Assembly: GCA_000004695.1 (NCBI GenBank)
Contig: CM000150.2
Coordinates: forward strand, 3,424,001-3,488,000
Origin: Dictyostelium discoideum
Lineage: Eukaryota
Direction: 5' to 3'
DNA: 64,000 nucleotides
The translations under genes were made by a program, and so were the position numbers. Below, piece after piece: positions 12,536 through 26,461 of this stretch (positions within the stretch are counted from its first letter, which is position 1; each line of letters begins with the position of its first letter). The notes under the pieces are model-generated. The model made no database searches and was not told where the DNA came from. It saw only the letters and a list, made by a program, of their open reading frames with translations.

Positions 12536-13290
12536 ATGGAAGGTAAATTATTTATTATTTTATAATTCTTGAAAAAAAAAAAAAAAAAAAAAAAAAAAAT
12601 AAAAAAAAATATTTGAGGATATTAATAGAATTATTATATAGAGAAACCAAAAAGTACAACTCCACCACCAAGTGTTTCATCGCTCAGACAAAAATTTGAG
12701 CAATTTTTGGATAAAACTGATAAAGGTTTTAATGCCACTCGTAATAATTATAGGGGTCCAGTTTCAAGTAGTACAGGTATAATCAATGATAAAGGTAAAA
12801 AAAAAAAAAAAAAAAAAAATTACAATTCCTGTTTTCATTTTATTTTTTTTTATTTTTTACTATTTTTTTTTTTATTTTATGTGGAAAAAAAAAAAAAGAC
12901 TATCACCAAAAAAAAAATTACAATTCCTATTTTCATTTTATTTTATTTTTTTATTTTTTACTATTTTTTTCTATTTTTATTTTTTATTTTATTTTTATTT
13001 TTTGTTGGAAAAATAAATAAAAAAAAGACTATTACCAAAAAAAAAAAAAAAAAAAAGTGGAAAAAACAAAAAAAACAAAAAAACAATTCCCATATTATCT
13101 TGTTTTTTTTTCTTTACAGGGCATTGGATATCTTAATCTCATTTTGTAATGAGAGCGTATCACAACAATATTTTAATTTTTTCAAAGAAAAAAAAAAAAA
13201 ATTGGGGTGATTTGTGTGTTGTGTGTATTTGATCTATTTGCGATATTATTATTACTTTAAAACCATCACCATCATTTTTTTAAAACAAAA

Positions 13291-13370
<80 letters not shown>

Positions 13371-13423
13371 CAACATTAATAATTTTATCTTAATTTTTTT
13401 TTATTTTTTTATTTTTTTTTTTT

Positions 13424-13463
<40 letters not shown>

Positions 13464-13871
13464 CTTTTTTTTTTTTTTTTCTTTAGCAACCCAAACTTTG
13501 ATTACCATAATATTCCTTCAAAAAAAAAAAAAAAAAAACCACAAAAAATTTTTTTTTTTCTTTTTTTTTTTTTTTTAAAATTATTTTATTTTTTTATTTT
13601 TTATTTTTTTTCTTTTCTTTTTTTCATATACCAACTGTTGATCGACATATAATAATTATTATAATAATACCATTTATTTTATTTAATTTTAAGTTTTTTA
13701 TCTTAAAAAAAAAAAAAAAAAAAAGCAGAATCCACACTTTTATTTGTACTAAACCAAAAAAAAAAAAAGTAATACATTCCCATCACTCACTCTTTTATCA
13801 CCACTCCATATTTTTTTTATTTTTTTTTTTTTTTTTTATTTTTTTTTAATCAAAAATTTTATTTTTAGAAT

Positions 13872-13961
<90 letters not shown>

Positions 13962-14369
13962 TAAATAATATAAATAATATAAATAATAATAAAAATAAAA
14001 AATAAAAAATAAAAAAATAATAGTAATATTAAAAATTATACCCTACAATGCCACAATTAATAAGGTGTGTTTTTTAGTGTGTTTGTGAGATTTATATTTT
14101 ATGTGGAATAAAAATAACTTATTGATTGATTTATAGATTTCCTTGGAAATTTTTTATTTTTATTTAATTTTTTTTTATTTTTTTAATTTTTTAATTTTTT
14201 TTTTTTTTTATTTTATTTTTTTTTTTTTTTTTTGCAAAGGTTCCCTCGTGATAAAATTTTTTTTTAACTTTTTTTTTTTACACCGTCGTTAGTTTATATC
14301 GTTGTAATAATAATAGTAGAAAAAAAATTTCCACAATAATTTTTTTTTATTTTATATATCATATAATAA

Positions 14370-14412
<43 letters not shown>

Positions 14413-15372
14413 TATATATATTAACAATTTTTTTATTTATTTATTATTTTTATTATTTTTTTATAGAAAAGAAATCTCATTCATATTTTAAAGTTAGAGA
14501 AGAAGGTAGTAATAAAAGACCATCATCATTTTCAGCATCAAATCCAATAACACCAAGTTCACCACAAAGTACACATTCATCACCAATTTATAGGGGAGTA
14601 GGATATCATCAATACAGTAGTGTTAATAGTGGTAATAGTTATAGTGGTAGTGGTAATAACATAAACAATATTATTAATAATAGCAATAATAGCAATAGTA
14701 ATAATCTTTACGGAAATAATAGTAACAATCAATCAAGTGGCAGTCTTGGTAATTTTTTAATTGACAAATTAGAATATTCAGCGGCAACAGTTACAGCATC
14801 AGATTTAAAGAGAGAACGTCAACAATTATTTCGTAACAAAGAGGAATTCACAATGGAATCAAGTAGTTATGGAGGTAGTACCATTGGTGATGATGATTTA
14901 GATTCATTGAATGGTTCATCGTCACAACAATTCAACCATAGAAATTCATCATGGGCCGATAGACGTGAGCGATTCATAAAGAAAGTAATGAATGGTCAAT
15001 TCAATGAGGTACAAATGAGAGATGAACTCAATCGTTTACGTGATATAGAGGCTGATAAAATTAGAGCCGAAGAAAGAAGAACCCCTTCAATGAATATGGA
15101 TGAATTTAAAGCGATAGAGATTGAACGTCTAAGAAAAAAAATTTATCAAGAAGAATTGGTCATATTCCGTCAAGAAGAAATTGAAAAAATACAACGTGAA
15201 GAAAGAATTAAAATTGAAAAAGAATATGATGATAAATCAATCATTTCCTCTCAAGAAAGACAACATATAGTTCAACAAATTATTAATCAAAAAGAAGATG
15301 AAAAAGGCTCATCACCACCTTTTCCAATACCCTTAGTTGTAAATAATAATAATAATGAAAATAATGAAAATG

Positions 15373-15448
<76 letters not shown>

Positions 15449-17900
15449 TATAGATTTAACAAGTTTCAATAATAATATCAATATCAATAGTAATAATAAT
15501 GAAATTAAAAATAATGTAATTGTAGATAGTGACGATGAAGAAGAATTAGAAAGATTAGAACAATTGAGAAGGCAAAGAGAAATTGAACGTTTAAGAGAGG
15601 AGGAAGAGGAGAATGAAGATAGAGTTGAGAGAGAATTGGCATCGCGTAGAAGACAAGAAGAAGATAGAATAAAGAGAGAAGAAGAGGAAGAGGAGGAGGA
15701 ACAACGTAACTATTTAAGAAGATTAAAAGAATTGGAAAGAATTAAACAAATTGAAGAAGAGGAAGAAGAAGAACGTGAAAGACAATCTCAATTACAATCA
15801 TCTCAACAACAACAAAAATCATCAAGTACTCAACGTTCATCAAATACTGTTACATCAACTTCATCATCATCTACTGGTGGTGATTCTAACCCATCAACAT
15901 CACAAAAACCAACTAATCTTTTGAATTTAATGGGATCAAATAATAATATTTCAAATATTAATACAAATATTTTATCACATTCAATTGTAAATAGTAGTGG
16001 AGGTTTACCACCACCACCACCAACAGCTTCACATGTTGACAATAGGTCACGTAGTCATACATTGGCTGGTGAATCACATAGTTCAGAGAATACACCATTA
16101 GTTTCATCAATTGATAATAATGGTGTTAATAATAAAATGTCAAGATCTCATAGTGGTGGTGCATTATCAGGTTTAGCATTACCAACTGCTCCACCTTTAC
16201 CAAACCAACCAAATGTAAATAATAGTAACAACAACAACAACAACAACAACATCAATAATAATCATAATCATAGTCATAATCATTCAAATAATTTACATCA
16301 ATCAGCATTAAAGAATTCATCATCAATGTCAACACCATCAATTTCACCATCACAAGCAGGTAATTCAGCAACTTCAACTGTACCATCATCACCAATTTCA
16401 GCATCAACATCAATGTCATCACCAACATTGGTGGTATCACCACGTAAGGATGAACTTACAACATCAACTGGTTCAACTAGAAAAGGATCAATCTCTGAGA
16501 GAGAAGATAAGAAAAAAGTATCATCTTCATCAACTTCATCATCATCATCTTCAAATGGTGGTCTATCGTCATCAGGTAAAGATCATAAAAAAGATCATAG
16601 TTCTGAAGAGAAGGAGAAAGAAAAGAAATCATTCTTTAACAAACTATTTAGTAAGGAAAAGAAAGATCATCATTCATCATCCAAATCACCTTCATCCGGT
16701 AGTAGTGGTGGTGGTGAGGTGGATGAAAAGAAAAAGAAAAAGTTATCACCACGTGTTGGTACACCATTCAATGTGAAACACGATGTTCATGTGAATTTCA
16801 ATGCTGATACTGGTTTCGAAGGTTTACCAAAGGAATGGGAGGTTTTAATTAAATCCAATTTCCAAGAGCCAGAGGTTATGCAACATCCCGAAGAAGTTTT
16901 GGATGTAGTTAAATTCCATGCTCAATATCAGGGATTGGCTTCTGCACCTGCAATGCATGCACCATCCATTCCATTGACCGATGAGCCACCGGTGACATTG
17001 AATGATCTAATCTCATTGGATGATCCAAAGAAGATCTATTACAATATCAATAAAATCGGTGAAGGTGGTGCTGGTGAAGTATTCGAGGCTATAAACTCTC
17101 GTACCAATCAAACTATTGCCATCAAGAAAATGAAATTGAAAGCTCAAAATCTTAAGACTGTTATCAATGAAATTGGTATGATGAAAAATTCAAATCATGA
17201 AAATATCGTACAATACATCGATAGTTACATTGTGGCCGACGAACTTTGGGTAGCTATGGAGTTTATGAGTGGTGGTTGTTTGACCGAAGTACTCGATCAA
17301 TATCGTGATATCCAATTGAACGAGAGTCAAATCGCATTCGTTTGTCAAGAGGTACTCAGAGGCTTAGAGTACATTCACAAATTCAACCGTATTCATCGTG
17401 ATATAAAGAGTGATAACATTCTCATTGGAGCCAATGGTGAGATTAAATTGGCCGATTTCGGTTACGCAGCTCAATTGACTCAAATTCGTCAAGAGAGAAA
17501 CTCTGTCGTTGGTACCCCCTATTGGATGGCTCCTGAACTCATTAGAGGTAATAACTATGACTTTAAAGTCGACGTTTGGTCACTTGGTATCATGACCAGA
17601 GAAATGGCAGAGGGTGAACCACCTTACCTCGAATTCCCACCACTCAGAGCTTTATTCCTTTTAACCACTCAAGGTTTACCTCCAATCAGAGACGCTCATA
17701 AATGGTCAAAGGAATTCAATGATTTCTTAGCCCTTTGTCTTGAAAAAGATACTGAAAAACGTGCTTCCTCATCTTCATTATTACATCATCCTTTCTTAAA
17801 GAGAGCTTGTTCTGGTCCTGAATTCTATAAAGCTGTTGATGCTGCAAGAATTGAAAAAGAAAATCAATTACAAAATTTTGCTAATTTAACTGCAATTTAA
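12536..17900 (+). CDS. pakA: p21-activated kinase (PAK family, STE20-like) with coiled-coil, acidic, Pro-rich, CRIB and kinase regions. Exons 12536..12542, 12642..12794, 14467..17900.
   Basis: CRIB motif ISPRVGTPFNVKHDVHVNFNADTGFEGLP. Kinase subdomains GEGGAGEVFEA, AIKKM, HRDIKSDNIL, DFG, GTPYWMAPE. The big ORF stays open upstream to an AG acceptor at 14465-66. It joins in phase to a 153-nt exon (EKPKSTTPPPSVSSLRQKFEQFLDKTDKGF...) and a 7-nt ATG exon (ATGGAAG|GTAAAT). The total is 3594 nt, i.e. 1197 codons, and the domain order fits my recollection of the DdPAKa/PakA description. The symbol is an inference from that. Confidence 0.55.
12795..13090. repeat. Tandem duplication of a ~120-bp unit, plus a partial third copy, inside the long pakA intron
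   Basis: The unit gactat[c/t]accaaaaaaaa..ttacaattcct[g/a]ttttcattttatttt..ttattttttactattttttt occurs at about 12795-12905 and again at 12906-13030. A fragment acaattcccatattatc follows at 13083. Confidence 0.6.
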
Positions 17901-19409
17901 AAATAATAAAAAAAAAAATAGAAAAATAATAATAATAATAATTATAATAATAATATTAATAATAGTAATAGTAATAGTAAAACCATATAAAACAACAATA
18001 TATTTAAATAGTATATAATGATACAATAATATTAATAAGTTAAAAATAAAATAAAATAAAATAAAAAAAATGTATTAATAAGTATAAGAAAAAAAAAAAA
18101 TCAAATATTTTCCAAAACTTGGAAAATATTTTTTTAGTTTTTGATTCTTGTTTTTTTTTTTTTTTTTTGGTTCCAGGGGTATTGTGTGAAGTTTGATTGT
18201 GGACGATTTGGGTGAATTTTTTAAATTTATAAAATCCAGCAATCTCTCATTTTTTGATAGTTTTTTTTTCATATTTTAAGAATTTTTTTCATTAAAAATA
18301 GATTAAATTAATTATTAAATGAGAGATTGTTGAATTTTATTAATTTTTAATAAAATTTGTTAATTTCTTTTTTCCAGTGAGAGGATTGAAAATTAGGTTT
18401 GTATCTAAGTCAATTCGAGATTGTTGAGAATCTTAATGTACATTGTACATTGGATTCGTAGGTTGTCACTTAATCGATGATTTTCTTGAGTGGTGTCTAT
18501 GTTTGGTTTGAATTGGAAGAAGATTTGTTGTGAGGTTTCAGTTTGATCACACAAAAGGGGCATGGCTTGGTGAGGGCTTTTGATAATGCTTTGGTAATAC
18601 TTACCTTTAATATTGATTATTTTCTTTATTTTTATGAAAGGAGGTGATTTCTCTCTATTCTAATGTTTGGATTTTTTTTATTTTTTTTATTCTTAAAATA
18701 ATAAATTAATTGGTAAAAATAAGTTTATTAATAATCAAGATTAAAATAATTTATTTTTAGATTTGGAAAAAAAAAAAAAAATTAATTCCATTTTTGGTGA
18801 ATTAAAATCCTTGGAAATGAAATTTATTTCTTATTTTACTTTTATTATATGAAATATTCAATGATAATAAATTATCATTTAAAAATACCTAAAATAATAT
18901 AAAGTAATGTGAGAAATTCATAAAGGGTTATTTTTATTTTTTTTATCTCTTTTTTCCCGCCGCTTTCCTTTTTTATTTTTTTTTTTTTTAATTTTTTTTT
19001 TTTTTTTTAAATTATTTTCAATTTTTTTAATTTTTATTTTTTCACTTTTTTTTTATTAAAACAAAAAAGAATTAATAACATTAACGATAATAATATTACT
19101 CTTAATAATAATAAAAATACATTTATATTGTTAACACAACTAAGAAAATCTTTCTTATAACACAAAAAAACATATCCCTATTAAAATTATTTTTTATTAA
19201 TAAAAACAATAATAATAAATTAAAATAAATTTTTGATATAGATACAAATATTTTAAAATTCAAAACAAAAACAATAATAAAAACAAAATAATAAAAGAAA
19301 TAAAGCAAATACATCAAATTAAAATTTGATTTAAAAAGAAAAAAAAAAAAAAAAAGTATATATGATAATTTAATTTAATAAATAAAAAAGAAAAAAAAAG
19401 AAAAAAAAA

Positions 19410-19753
19410 ATGGAGCCAATTGAATCATTGGAAACAATTGCAAAAAGAGTTGATGATAAAATCAATTTTTATGGATTATTAAATGTAGGAGAAAATGCAA
19501 CAAATAGTGATATAAAGAAAGCTTTTTTTGCACTTTCAAGGCATGTTCACCCTGATAAAAACAATAATCCTGAAGCTCATAGAATATTTCCAAGTGTTAA
19601 CGAGGCATATGTATGTAATATTAACTATTATTTTTTTTTTTCTTTTTTTTCTTTTTTTCAAAATAATAATTTTAAATTTTATTTTTTAAATTTCCAACCG
19701 TTGGGTATCATTTTATTTTATTTTTTTCAGTTTTTTTTTTTTTTGAATTTACA

Positions 19754-19785
<32 letters not shown>

Positions 19786-20577
19786 CCCATTTTTCCAAAA
19801 TAACTTCACCCCAAACCATTTCTATTTTTACATTTTTTTACATTTTTTTATTTTTATTTTATTTTTATTTTATTTTTATTTTATTTTTATTTTTATTTTT
19901 TTGATATTAATAAAAATTTAAATTAAAATTTTATAGCAAACTTTAAAAGAAGAATCAACAAGAAAAAGATACGATTTACAGTTAAGAAGAGAAAGAAGAA
20001 CTTTAGAATCAAAAAAGACAACAACCACAACAACAAATACAACATCAGTAACTGTACCATCAGCACCAACAAAAACATCAACAACAACACCAACAACACC
20101 ATCTAAAAAGTTTGTTCCACCAGTTAAACAAACTACTACAACAGCACCATCATCGACTACTACAACTACATCAACAGCACCATCATCGACTACTACAACT
20201 ACATCAACAGCACCATCATCGACTACAACTACATCAACAGCACCATCATTGACTACAACTACATCAACAGCACCATCATCGACTACTACAACTACATCAA
20301 CATCATCATCATCATCATCATCATCATCATTTTTTGATTCTGAATCTTCAAATACACCACCAACAACAACCACAACCACAACAAAAGAAGATTCAAATTC
20401 AGAAGTTTCTTCACCAAATAAAAAAACATCTACTTCAATACCAAAATCGAGATCAACCTCATCATCATCATCATCATTTGAATCAATGTCAAGAGAAGAT
20501 ACAGTTTTCCCAGAAATTTTCTTTACTAAAAAATCAACTGCACCACCACCATCAACATTTGCTAAAAAATCATCAGC

Positions 20578-20627
<50 letters not shown>

Positions 20628-22174
20628 TTTTTTCATCATCAACGTCAACACCAACCTCTACATCGACATCTACATCAAATACAACAGAAAAAATGGATTT
20701 CTCAGATGAAGATGATATAGTTTCATCGCCAGTTGAAGAAAAATCTGAAGTTAAATCATCTCAAAGTAAATCTTCACAAAACTCAACTCCAACCAAACCA
20801 AAACCTCCAACTTCAAGATCAACTCCATCGAAATCTCATACAACAAGACAATCTGTAAAACATGTATATCAAGAAAGGGATGACAAAGATGAAGAAATTT
20901 ATGAAGATGAAAAAGAAAAAGATCAAGACGAGGTAGAAGATGAAGGATCAGAAAGATCTGATCAAGAGAGACCAACATCAACAAGAAGAGTATCCCATCC
21001 TACAACCAGAAAAGCAAGTTCACCAGTTTCTAAATCTCGTTCAGGTTCCACCTCTTCCTCTAGATCTTCAAGGACATCTGCTTCTAAAGAAGAAGATTCT
21101 GATGCCGAGTATGAAGTCGATAGAATTCTTGACAAGTTGGAAATTGATGGTAATTTGTACTATATTGTAAAATGGAAAGGTTATGGTAACCGTTACAATG
21201 AGTTGGTGGATGTAAGAGATTGCTTCTGTAGTGATTTGATTGAAGAATTTGAGAGAGAGTACAAGAAAAAAGTTGCCAATAGAAAAATGGAAAGAAAAGA
21301 GCGAGAGAAAGAGAGGAGTGAGAGGAGCGAGGAAAGAGAAAGACTTGAAAGGGATAGAGAATCAGCTGAAAAAGAGAAAAAAGAAAAGAGTGAAAGAGAG
21401 AGACGTGAAAGACTTGAAAGGGATAGAGAGAGAAGAGAAAGAGTTGAAAGAGAGAAAAAAGAAAAGAACGATAGAGAAGAAAAAGAACAAAGAGAGGCCG
21501 AAGAAAAGAGACAAAGGGAAAAGGAAAGAAAATTACAAAGAGAAAGAGATGAAAAGGAATTGAGAGCACAACAAAAGGAAAAGGAAGAAAGAGAAAGAGA
21601 ACAAGAACGTCAAGAAAGAGAAAGACTAGAGGCAAAGAGAAGGGTAAAGGAAGAAAAAGATCGTAGAGAAAGAGAAGAGAAGAAAAAGTTAATTTCACCA
21701 AACGTTAAAAAAGCAACTCCTGCCACTAGTGCCAAATCAGTTAAAAGCACTGCTCACAGATCCTCCAGACTACCAATGCCAGTCGTTGAAGCTACCTCTG
21801 AGGAATCCGATGATGAAATGGATAACAACAATTCCTCATCCGATGATGAAACTTTGGTTTCCAGAAATGCTAAAAGTGGTAGTGATTATGATGAACCAGC
21901 TCCACCTCCAAAATATTCAAGCGGAGCCAAAAAGAGAACTCACAAAGCCTCATCAGATGAAGAGGAAGAAGAAGAAGAAGAGGAAGAAGAAGAGGAAGAA
22001 GAAATTGAACCAGAAGAAGATGAATATGTCAGATCATCTTCAAGAGGTTCAAGACCCTCCTCTAAGAAAGTAGCTCCACCACCTCCATCTTCAAGATCTT
22101 CAAGGAGAACTGTAACCCAAACCACAACTACCTCATCAATAAATAATAGAATAAAGAGATCAAAAATAAATTAA
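19410..22174 (+). CDS. DnaJ (J-domain) protein with an internal chromodomain, a Ser/Thr-rich linker, an ER-rich coiled coil and an acidic tail. Exons 19410..19610 and 19937..22174.
   Basis: J domain YGLLNVGENATNSDIKKAFFALSRHVHPDKNNNPEAHRIFPSVNEAY|QTLKEESTRKRYD is split by an intron with GTATGT donor at 19611 and AG acceptor at 19935-36. Chromodomain EYEVDRILDKLEIDGNLYYIVKWKGYGNRYNELVDVRDC. Then about 130 aa of RERERLERDRE repeats and an E17 acidic run. Minus-strand ORFs in this region are shadows. Confidence 0.6.
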
Positions 22175-22257
22175 GAATTATTTTTTTTTTTGAAAAAAAT
22201 AAAAAAATAAAAAAAAATAAAAAAAAATAAAAAATAAAAAATTTAATTCAATTCAAT

Positions 22258-22474
<217 letters not shown>

Positions 22475-22978
22475 ATATATATTATTCAAATTCAAATTTC
22501 ATATGGTCATTATTAAAAATTTTTTTGATAGATATTTTTATTTTTTTTTTATTTTTTTTTTTTTTTAAAATTTTATTTTTTTTTATAATTTATTTTTTTT
22601 TTTTTTATTTTCTTTTTTTTTTAAATTAAATTTTTTTTTTTTTTTTTTTTTTTACTGTTATACATCCCACGTTTTGGACAATTCCATAAAAATAAACTTT
22701 TAAATTATTATTATCATTTTAGTTCCACATCATAACAAAGCAATTAGTAAAAAGTAGTGATAGTATATTATTAAGAATAATAGTTATTGTAAATAATAAA
22801 TATAAATATAAATAATATACAAAATTATAATAGTGCATTATAATTTAAACTATTTAAAATAATTTGAATAGTATAAAAAAAAAAAACAACAATAATAATA
22901 ATAATAATATAATAATAATAGCAACAATAATATTAAAATAATAATAATAATAAAAGAAAAAAAAAAAAAAAAATTTTG

Positions 22979-23022
<44 letters not shown>

Positions 23023-23051
23023 AAAATAAAATAAAAAAAAAAAAAAAGAAA

Positions 23052-23245
23052 ATGTCAAATACACCTCTATATACTTTGGATGAAAATTGTAAACAATCAT
23101 TAAATATACTTAATCCTGAAAATAGAGGTATTTACAATGATGAAACTAGAATTCAATCAGCTAAATTTATAAAAAATACCATTATTGGTAATAAATTAAA
23201 AAAGAGATTATTCATTGAAGCTGGTACTATCCCTTTGTAAGTATT

Positions 23246-23318
<73 letters not shown>

Positions 23319-23322
23319 TAAA

Positions 23323-23376
<54 letters not shown>

Positions 23377-23467
23377 CAATAATAGTTTAAATAGGCTCGA
23401 GTTTAAAAAAAAGAAATTTCTTTTTTTTTTTTTCTTTTCTAAATAAATTAATGATCAACATAATAAT

Positions 23468-23510
<43 letters not shown>

Positions 23511-23666
23511 CTAGGTTTGTTGATATATTGAATAAAGAAAAAAATGAGGATTTATTAATCCAAGCATCATCTGTTATTGGTAGTTTTGGTTGTAGTATGT
23601 ATATATATATATATATATATTTAAAATTATAAATACCTATTTTCAAAAAAATAAAAAAATTAATCC

Positions 23667-23711
<45 letters not shown>

Positions 23712-23969
23712 AATTGATGAAGGATCAGAGAAAATTTTTGAATATAATGGTGTTACACCATTAATTAATTTATTATCAAGTAATAATTTAAAATTAGTGG
23801 AATCAGCAGCAAGATCATTAAAAATTTTATCACTATTTCATCAACCACCAACCTCAATATATGAAGAGTCTGGTGTTAAATTATTGATATCATTATTTAA
23901 TCATCCATTAGATTCTGTTAAAGAAGTTGCTGCAACAATAATAGCAAGAGGTTGTGAATCATTATATTC

Positions 23970-24048
<79 letters not shown>

Positions 24049-25746
24049 AATATTGGTAATAGTAGTATTATAAGTAGTGGTAGTAGTAGTAGTAGTAGTA
24101 GCAATAGTATAAATCATTCATTATTACAATATCAAAATTTTGTGCATATTCATGGTGGATTAAATTCAGTGATGTCAATATTGGCATCACCAAGATCAAA
24201 GATACAAGAGGCATGTCTATATGTTATTAGTTGGTTAACTCGTGACAATGTCCCATTATCAACTTTTATTGTTAATGATGAACGTAGAATATTGGATATA
24301 ATCATTTATTTGTTTAAAAAAAATAAAAGTCCAAAAATTAAATTATTGGCCACAAATTGGTATGTTTTTTTTTTTTTTTTTTTTTTTTTTCCCTTTTTTT
24401 TATTGATTGTTATTGATATTGTAATTGATCATTATGGTAATTATTATTGATATTGTTTTTTTATTATTATTTTTATTACTTTTACTAATAAATTTTTTTT
24501 TTATTTTTTTCATTTTATTTTTTTAATTTTTTTAAAAAAAAAAAAAAAAAGTTTATGTAATTTTAATCAAAGTAAAACATTACCAATAACATGTTCACTT
24601 AAAAATATATTACCAATTATAATTCGATTAATGTCAGAAGAAGAATCAGTAAAAGAGGAAGCACCAATGGTTTTAGCAAGATTAGTAGCAGATAATGAGG
24701 ATTTACAAAGAATAGCATCAGAGGCAGAGGCGATTTCAAGATTGAGTATATTTTTAAAGGATAGTAATTCATCGGAAAGATTGAAGGAGAATTCGTTGTC
24801 AGCGATAGCGGTGTTATGTAGCTCGAGGGAGGATAGTAGAAAACAAGTCGTAGATGCAAAGATAATACCACAAATTATAAGTAGTTTAAATTCAAGCAAT
24901 TACGCAATCAGAGCAGCAGCATGTAATTGCACGAAATCATTATCAAGATCGATTAAACAATTGCGTACCTCATTATTCGATTGTACGATTGCAACACCAT
25001 TATTGAAATTATTGGATGATCAATCATTAGAGGTGCGTGTATCAGCATCGGCAACACTTTGTAATTTAGTATTGGATTTCTCGCCTATGAAACAAGCGAT
25101 AATGGACAATGGCATCATTGTGAAATTGGTGGATCTAACTCAAGATTCAAATGATTTCAAAATTAGATTAAATTGTATTTGGGCTTTAAAGAATTTACTT
25201 TACATGGCTGAACCATCGCTAAAAGAACAGGTGATGAAGGAATTGGGTTATCAACGTTTAATTGAGTTGATAAAGGATACCGATCCTTCGATCTCTGAGC
25301 AGGCCTTGGCGGTTTTACGTAATTTGGCATTCAAAGATAATGATCATCTCATTAGTGAGCTTCATTTTCATGACCAATTAGTACCAACCATTGAGAATAG
25401 ATTGGCTTCAAATATACCTGAAATCATTAAACAAACACTTTTTGTCATTTGTAATATAGCGGGTAATGAAAAGATTAGATCTTCCGTTATGAACTCTTCA
25501 ATAGTAAATAGACTCATTCATTTCATGGAACATAAACATTGTGAAATTCGTATCGCTTCAGTTTGGTGTGTTTGCAATATCATTGGTCCTGATGAAAATT
25601 CAACCTCTGCAAGTAGAGTTTTAAAATTTAAAGAATTAGGTTATCAAAAGAAATTAGAAATGTTGGCTGATCATGATTCAAATATTGAAGTAAAAGATAG
25701 AGTTAAAACTGCTTTAACTTTATTTAAAAAATGTGTGTTTTTATAA
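23052..25746 (+). CDS. armc8: ARMC8 homologue (armadillo-repeat subunit of the CTLH/GID E3 complex). Exons 23052..23236, 23515..23594, 23711..24359, 24552..25746.
   Basis: EDLQRIASEAEAI, SRSIKQLRTSLFDCTIATPLLKLL and LCNLVLDFSPMKQAIMDNGIIVKLVDLTQDSN align collinearly with human ARMC8 ([55 protein letters not shown]). Donors GTAAGT (23237), GTATGT (23595), GTATGT (24360). Introns carry (AAT)n, T-runs and A-runs. A poly-Asn insert of about 30 residues lies in exon 3. Confidence 0.7.
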
Positions 25747-25879
25747 AATAAAAAAAAATATAAAAAAAAATATATATATATATATATATTTTATTATTAT
25801 TTATTTATTTAAAAAAACATATATATATATATAAATAAATATATGAATAAAATAAATAAATAAATTAAATAAAAAAAAA

Positions 25880-25913
<34 letters not shown>

Positions 25914-26148
25914 AAAAATTATAATAGTTTGTCAATTAAAATTTTTTTTTTTTTTTTTTAATTTTATTTTTAGAAAAAAAAGAAAAGAAAAAAAAGAAAA
26001 AAAAAAAAAAAAGAATTAAAAATAAAAATAAATGATTTTTTGATATTTGCAACAAATCTTTGGTCAAAATCTCGAAATCATTTCGGTTTATATTTTTTTT
26101 TTTTTTTTTTTTTTTTTAATATTTTTAATTTTTAATTTTATTTTATTT

Positions 26149-26189
<41 letters not shown>

Positions 26190-26461
26190 ATAACAGTCAA
26201 CCAGTACTAGGGAACGACTTAGTTTGCCTCAGTATTATAATAAAAACACACTTTCCACTTCACTCTAAATAATCAAATTTCCCTTAGCCATTTTTTTTTA
26301 TTTTTTTTTTTTTAATTTGTGTTTTAAATTCATTTTATTTTTTTTTTTTTAAGGAATCTTTTTTTTTTTTTTTTTTAATCACAATAATATATATATTTTT
26401 TTTTCCTTTTAAAATTTATATTTATAATAATCATTTAATAAAACACAAAAAATAAAAAAAA

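Noticed and set aside
12707-13210. 167-aa ORF through the pakA intron
   Set aside because: Only its first ~30 codons (exon 2) are coding. The rest is K/F/I-rich translation of A/T homopolymers and the tandem duplication. No donor or acceptor supports an exon at 13120.
15287-16443. Three minus-strand ORFs inside the pakA coding exon
   Set aside because: They are complements of poly-Asn, poly-Glu and Ser-rich tracts (poly-Leu and similar). The plus frame carries the CRIB and kinase domains.
18597-18606. Calling a U1 snRNA gene from the ATACTTACCT match
   Set aside because: Only the 10-nt 5' motif and a loose GATCAC match. I could not fold stem-loops I-IV or find an Sm site at the right spacing. 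It is kept only as a hint within the ncRNA-island finding.
19918-21701. Minus and alternate-frame ORFs (19918..20379, 20334..20720, 20751..20984, 21084..21701, 21240..21563) overlapping the J-chromo gene
   Set aside because: They are low-complexity shadows of Thr/Ser-rich and ER-repeat coding sequence. Only frame 2 on the plus strand is continuous for 746 codons with recognisable domains.
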